Assembly: GCA_033764315.1 (NCBI GenBank) | Contig: JANRJA010000016.1 | Coordinates: 1-32,204, forward strand | Length of the DNA stretch: 32,204 nt | Source: Oculatellaceae cyanobacterium bins.114 | GTDB lineage: Bacteria > Cyanobacteriota > Cyanobacteriia > Elainellales > Elainellaceae | Reading direction: 5' to 3' | Shown here: in pieces, positions 27,716 to 32,204 of the stretch | How the letters are laid out: every line of letters starts with the position of its first letter | How positions within the stretch are numbered: position 1 is the first letter of the stretch | Made by a program: the position numbers and the translations under genes | Notes under the pieces: generated by a model | The model's input: the letters and a program-made list of their open reading frames with translations, nothing else | Database searches by the model: none | What the model was told of the DNA's origin: nothing

Positions 27716-29287
27716 ATGGCAAAAAATCGCATCCTCTACGTTCGCCTTCCCTGCAATCCAATTTTTCCAATTGGGGTTGTTTACCTAGCCGATCACGTCC
27801 ATAAGTGCTTTCCTGATGTAGAACAGCAAATCTTTGATATGGGGACGGTTCCCCCGCTCGATTTTGCCTCTGCACTGGATCGTTGTATTGATGAGTTTCG
27901 ACCGACGTTACTCGTGTTTTCGTGGCGTGATATTCAGATCTATGCTCCCGTTGGGGGACGGGGTGGCAATCCGCTGCAAAACGCCTTTGAGTTTAACTAC
28001 GCTCGCAACCCCCTGCTCAGGCTACGAGGGGCAATGGGTGGGTTGCAATTGATGACCTCTTATTACTCTGAGCTATGGCGCAACTTGGGGTTAATTAAAC
28101 GGGGGCTAAAACGGGCAAAACGCTATACCTCAGATGCGCGTTTGGTCGTGGGGGGTGGTGCTGTTAGTGTCTTCTATGAACAGCTCAACAGCCTATTGCC
28201 TAAGGGCACCGTTGTCTCAGTGGGTGAAGGGGAAAGCTTGTTAGAAAAGCTGTTGCGCGGACAAGATTTGTCAACAGAGCGGTGCTACATCGCTGGAGAG
28301 ACAACCCCACGCGATCGCCTGATTCATGAGCAACCCACTCCCTTTGAAAAAACAGCCTGCAACTACGACTACATTGCCAGTATTTGGGCGGAGTTTGACT
28401 ATTACCTCCAAGAGCGTGATTTCTATGTCGGGGTGCAAACCAAACGAGGGTGCCCGCATAACTGCTGCTACTGCATTTACACCGTGGTGGAGGGCAAACA
28501 AGTTCGGATCAATCCGGCAGACGAGGTGGTGCGAGAAATGCGCCAACTTTATGATCGCGGCATCCGCAATTTTTGGTTTACTGATGCTCAACTGATTCCA
28601 GCCCGCAAGTTTATTGCTGACGTCGAAGAATTACTGCAAAAAGTCCTGGATGCTGGCATGTCCGATATTCACTGGGCAGCGTATATTCGGGCTGATAACC
28701 TGACCCCTAAACTGTGTGACCTGATGGTCAAAACGGGCATGAATTATTTTGAGATTGGCATCACGAGCGGCTCTCAAGAGCTAGTGCGAAAGATGCGGAT
28801 GGGGTACAACCTTCGTACGGTGCTGCAAAATTGCCGTGACTTAAAAACAGCAGGATTTGATGATCTGGTATCCATCAACTACTCGTTTAATGTGATTGAT
28901 GAAACGTTTGAGACGATTCGCCAAACGATCGCCTATCACCGTGAGCTAGAGAGCATTTTTGGAGCAGACAAGGTCGAGCCTGCTATTTTCTTTATTGGGT
29001 TGCAACCTCACACTCATTTAGAAGACTATGCCTTTAAAAAAGGTGTGTTGAAACCGGGCTATAACCCCCTCAGTCACATGCCCTGGGTGGTGCGTAAACT
29101 GTTGTGGAACCCAGAGCCACTGGGGTCGTTTTTGGGTGAGGTTTGTTTGCAGGCATGGCAACAAAACCCCAATGATTTTGGGCGCGAAGTCATGGACATT
29201 TTAGAACAACGGTTGGGCAAGGCTGATTTAGAAGCAGCTTTGACGGCACCCATTGACGCTCCACGAGAACTGGCAGGGGTTGGGTGA
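27716..29287 (+). CDS. B12-binding-domain radical SAM protein, slr0320-like (photosystem II high-light acclimation radical SAM protein)
   Basis: RILYVRLPCNPIFPIGVVYLADH, the CxxxCxxC motif in KRGCPHNCCYC, FWFTDAQ and FEIGITSGSQELVRKM. Confidence 0.9.
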   Translation: MAKNRILYVRLPCNPIFPIGVVYLADHVHKCFPDVEQQIFDMGTVPPLDFASALDRCIDEFRPTLLVFSWRDIQIYAPVGGRGGNPLQNAFEFNYARNPLLRLRGAMGGLQLMTSYYSELWRNLGLIKRGLKRAKRYTSDARLVVGGGAVSVFYEQLNSLLPKGTVVSVGEGESLLEKLLRGQDLSTERCYIAGETTPRDRLIHEQPTPFEKTACNYDYIASIWAEFDYYLQERDFYVGVQTKRGCPHNCCYCIYTVVEGKQVRINPADEVVREMRQLYDRGIRNFWFTDAQLIPARKFIADVEELLQKVLDAGMSDIHWAAYIRADNLTPKLCDLMVKTGMNYFEIGITSGSQELVRKMRMGYNLRTVLQNCRDLKTAGFDDLVSINYSFNVIDETFETIRQTIAYHRELESIFGADKVEPAIFFIGLQPHTHLEDYAFKKGVLKPGYNPLSHMPWVVRKLLWNPEPLGSFLGEVCLQAWQQNPNDFGREVMDILEQRLGKADLEAALTAPIDAPRELAGVG

Positions 29288-29364
29288 ATAAAGGGATGAT
29301 GGGAGCACTCAGCACATCTCTTGACCCGCCTAATCGTTGAGTGCTCACATCATCTAATGTGCTA

Positions 29365-29487
29365 ATGTGCAACTTTTCTGAAACTCCCGCTAGTCCTCAC
29401 CCTATCTCACCGGAAAGGGTGCTGAAATCGCTGAAAGCCCTTCCTTCGTGGGAGAAGAATGGGGATGAAGGTCAATGAGTTGCACAT
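29365..29487. repeat. ~120-bp MITE-like or dispersed repeat bounded by a 10-bp perfect inverted repeat
   Basis: ATGTGCAACT (29365-74) ... AGTTGCACAT (29478-87) enclose degenerate palindromes. A related end, AGTTTCACATCGCGT, lies near 31858. Confidence 0.5.
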
Positions 29488-29636
29488 CGCGTCAAATACT
29501 ATCTTTCATCCTTGTCTCTGTCAGTTTGACGACTTTGGTAAATCTGCGATGATAGGAAGTATCAAAAACTCTGATTATTTCCCTTGAGATCCATCTAGTT
29601 TGTCCACAGTAAAAGAATTTTTTGCTCAATTGTTTT

Positions 29637-31109
29637 ATGTTAAAAGGCTCAATTTTACAAACTCTCAAGGAAGCGCATCAAACCGCAGAACCGGGCAAAC
29701 GATCTTTAAATTTTGGCGTGTATTACAAAAACACACTGGTGTCTTTGTGTCATGCTCTGGAAGATTCTATTTTGACCGATGACTTTTCACCGCTTGTGAT
29801 TACAGCATTTCAGCGAGGCAAGTGGTATTTAGAAGAAGCCGATCGCTATGCTGAAATTGCCGATCACGCCCGACAGATTGTGATTATGGCGGCTCCCGAT
29901 GCAGGTTTTTCTGAACATCCCACTAGCCAGCGACCTAATGTTGCTTTGGTGGGTCTTGATCCTAGCGATCCAGTTGCTCAAGAGTGGCACTTGATTATTG
30001 CCTCACCTCGTTACACCGCAATGGTGTTGTGTCAGGAGTTGAGTCCCGAAGACTACGGCGCAGCGGGGGTGCCCCATGTCGATCGAGAACGCAAATTTTA
30101 TGGGTTATGGACGTTTGAACCAACCCTGGTGCAAGAGACGACTGAGTTGGCGATCGCCCACATTAGTCGTTATAACCCTGCCCTGAGTGATCAACTCATG
30201 GCTCAACTGCAAGCGATCAAAGCACAGCCTCAGCACCCCAATGAGTTGCTGGGGGTGTCAACGGCGGATCGATTGGGAGACATTGTCTCTCGTGTGGTGA
30301 GTTATTTGCAGACCACTCAACACGAGTTGCTGCACGATGCGCCTTCCTATGCTTACCCAGGGCAAGGATTTCTCGATAACAATCTGGTGTCTAATGAGTT
30401 GCAAGCTTTTTTACGCATCGCTCAACTGACTGACCAAACTGACATTAGCAATCCTATGACAGCGGCTGAGGTGGCGACCCTGGCAGAAACCTTGGGGCAG
30501 TTGCTTGACCTCCCCTCTTGGCAACTGCATCGGTTGCGATTAGCAGGGCTGTTGCACCGTATTGGTGCTCTGCGTCAAGATACAGAGTTGACTCCTGATT
30601 CGGCTAAACGCCCTGACCCCGAAGCTGTTGCCCCATCTTGCCCCTTGGTTGCCGGAGCACAATTGTTGCGAACGATGAATCGGATGAAGGCGATCGCCAC
30701 GATCATTACTCACCAAACGGAGTGGTGGAATGGGTCTGGGCTGCCTGCCGGATTAGCCGGAGATTCGATTCCCTTAGAGTCTAGGTTATTAGGATTGGTG
30801 GCGCAGTTTCAGGCGCATCTTGCGTCGCATCGCACAGCGGATACTGAAGCGGGTGATTTTACCTCCTATCCTCAAGAAGCGTTTTCCCAGGCCTTGGCTA
30901 CCTGTCAAGCTGAAGCGGGCGATCGCTGGGATCCTAAACTTGTGGAGGCACTTACTCTATTGGTAGGTGGGTTGCAACAGGGATTGAATCTGCCTGTTAA
31001 CTTGCCCAAAATTGCAGCTGGAATCTGGCTTTTAGATTCTCACTCCGATGATGACTTGCTGCACTACACTGACGAATCTAGCTCGACTCCAAGCCCCTCT
31101 GTGAGATAA
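29637..31109 (+). CDS. DICT sensory domain protein with a degenerate HD-GYP-like domain
   Basis: DICT-like YYKNTLVSLCHALED, AFQRGKWYLEEADRY, QEWHLII and FYGLWTFEP. HD-GYP-like LAGLLHRIG, HQTEWWNGSGLPAGLAGDSIPLESR and WDPKLV. The ATG at 29637 is preferred. Confidence 0.85.
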   Translation: MLKGSILQTLKEAHQTAEPGKRSLNFGVYYKNTLVSLCHALEDSILTDDFSPLVITAFQRGKWYLEEADRYAEIADHARQIVIMAAPDAGFSEHPTSQRPNVALVGLDPSDPVAQEWHLIIASPRYTAMVLCQELSPEDYGAAGVPHVDRERKFYGLWTFEPTLVQETTELAIAHISRYNPALSDQLMAQLQAIKAQPQHPNELLGVSTADRLGDIVSRVVSYLQTTQHELLHDAPSYAYPGQGFLDNNLVSNELQAFLRIAQLTDQTDISNPMTAAEVATLAETLGQLLDLPSWQLHRLRLAGLLHRIGALRQDTELTPDSAKRPDPEAVAPSCPLVAGAQLLRTMNRMKAIATIITHQTEWWNGSGLPAGLAGDSIPLESRLLGLVAQFQAHLASHRTADTEAGDFTSYPQEAFSQALATCQAEAGDRWDPKLVEALTLLVGGLQQGLNLPVNLPKIAAGIWLLDSHSDDDLLHYTDESSSTPSPSVR

Positions 31110-31116
31110 AACCATT

Positions 31117-31758
31117 ATGGATATTGAAGCGATTCTTGCCGGGAAGTTAAAACACTTAGCGGGCGTTGATCTGGAGGATGAAGATCTGCCAAACGCTAAC
31201 TTAAGCGGAGTTAATCTGGCAGGGGCAAACCTGGTAGGGGCTAATTTAAGTGGGGCTAAGCTGACAGGGGCTCATTTAGAAGGGGCCAACTTGATTGGGT
31301 CTCGGTTGGTTGGCACTGATTTGCGGGCAAACCTGCTGGGGGCAAACCTAATGCAGGCTGAGTTAACTGAGGCAGACCTGCGAGGCAGCAACTTGCGCGG
31401 AGCCAATTTAATGCAAGCTAGTCTACACAACACCTGTTTTGCGGGTGCTTTTTTGAGTGGTGCCAATCTGACAGGAGTCAATTTGCAGGGAGTAGACCTG
31501 CGCGGAGCCGAGCTGCGCGGGGCAAACCTCAACAGTGCCAATTTGCAAGGGGCAAACCTATGTCAGGCAGATCTGCAAGGGGCATTATTAAGTGGAGTCA
31601 ACTTAGAAGAAGCTGACCTGCGGGGGGCAAACCTGGCAGGAGCCAATTTGAGCGGAGCTAATTTGTTATGTGCTGACTTGGCAGGAGCCAACTTCAATGG
31701 CGCAACCTTGACTGATGCCTGTCTAGTGGGTACGGAGTTAGCTGAGGAAAAGTCTTAG
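31117..31758 (+). CDS. Pentapeptide repeat protein
   Basis: Continuous A(N/D)LxG repeats. It starts 7 nt after the DICT gene and is likely co-transcribed. Confidence 0.95.
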   Translation: MDIEAILAGKLKHLAGVDLEDEDLPNANLSGVNLAGANLVGANLSGAKLTGAHLEGANLIGSRLVGTDLRANLLGANLMQAELTEADLRGSNLRGANLMQASLHNTCFAGAFLSGANLTGVNLQGVDLRGAELRGANLNSANLQGANLCQADLQGALLSGVNLEEADLRGANLAGANLSGANLLCADLAGANFNGATLTDACLVGTELAEEKS

Positions 31759-31782
31759 ATAACCCTGTGTGCGACTTTCCCC

Positions 31783-31913
31783 AGATCCCCGGTTGCTGTG
31801 ACGCAAATCAGACTATTTTGAGGATGCTGAACGAGCAACCGGGGATCTAAACCTCTAAGTTTCACATCGCGTTAGATAGCAAAAAGTAGGGATATGGTCT
31901 GCCATGTCCCTAC
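31783..31913. repeat. Palindromic intergenic repeats
   Basis: 15-bp perfect IR AGATCCCCGGTTGCT (31783-97) / AGCAACCGGGGATCT (31834-48), and REP-like GTAGGGATATGG-TCTG-CCATGTCCCTAC (31886-31913). Confidence 0.75.
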
Positions 31914-32067
31914 AGAAATTTCACAGCAGAGAGTTCAAATTTGAGCTGTCAACTGTCTTAACAGGTGACACAAGGGTTTGTCAGGGTAGAACCCCCATAC
32001 ACCGCCTTAACCCGTTTTGCAGTGGCTAAAGATCTCAAGAGGACAGTTTGGTGAAGCAAGCTACTAA

Positions 32068-32204
32068 GAACCTATCCGAAAACGTCTCAATGGGTGAGAT
32101 GCTTTTAAGAAGGATGTTTCAGGGATTAACGAGCGATGTCCTTCACAGAGATCAACCCTGCCTATCGATTGCCAGATGAGGTATGGGAACGGGTTCATCA
32201 TGCG
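32068..32204 (+). mobile_element. Left end of a probable IS5-family element; transposase start at ATG 32136 runs off the window
   Basis: TAA followed by GAACCTATCCGAAAA resembles an IS5-type target plus IR. The ORF MSFTEINPAYRLPDEVWERVHHA resembles the L.D..W.RI N-terminal motif of IS5 transposases. Only 23 codons are visible. Confidence 0.45.

Noticed and set aside
1-32204. tRNA or rRNA genes
   Set aside because: No cloverleaf, T-loop or rRNA-like sequence was recognised in the intergenic regions.

Overview
Cyanobacterial chromosomal window, judged from abundant HIP1 GCGATCGC octamers, cyanobacterial palindromic intergenic repeats and a slr0320-type radical SAM gene; probably a filamentous strain. 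Left to right: (1) the 3' end of an ISAs1-like transposase, a MITE end and a 19 x 21-bp minisatellite. (2) A ~2.4-kb tandem duplication of a two-gene module: a secreted protein with three SLH repeats apparently inserted into a FecR-like domain plus a divergent CARDB-like C-terminus, followed by a signal peptide-HEAT-TM-NACHT-like NTPase (first copy only a stub). (3) A GT2-TPR glycosyltransferase and a triple-PPC protein. (4) A 284-bp MITE with a 9-bp TSD. (5) A cluster of Rieske oxygenase, GlnT/GmaS-type gamma-glutamyl-amide ligase, ABC permease and MetX-like hydrolase behind a canonical NtcA-type promoter, with a divergent ABC ATPase; this is a probable organic-amine nitrogen-scavenging pathway. 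(6) A 5'-truncated phytase-like/RTX remnant. (7) A ~2,640-aa RTX protein with Calx-beta, lamin-tail, DUF3616 and ExeM-type nuclease domains behind a possible Pho box. (8) A typical cyanobacterial block (DUF4079, DUF1830, slr0320-like radical SAM, DICT with degenerate HD-GYP, pentapeptide protein) and the start of a probable IS5 element. All family assignments come from motif recognition by eye; no searches were run.
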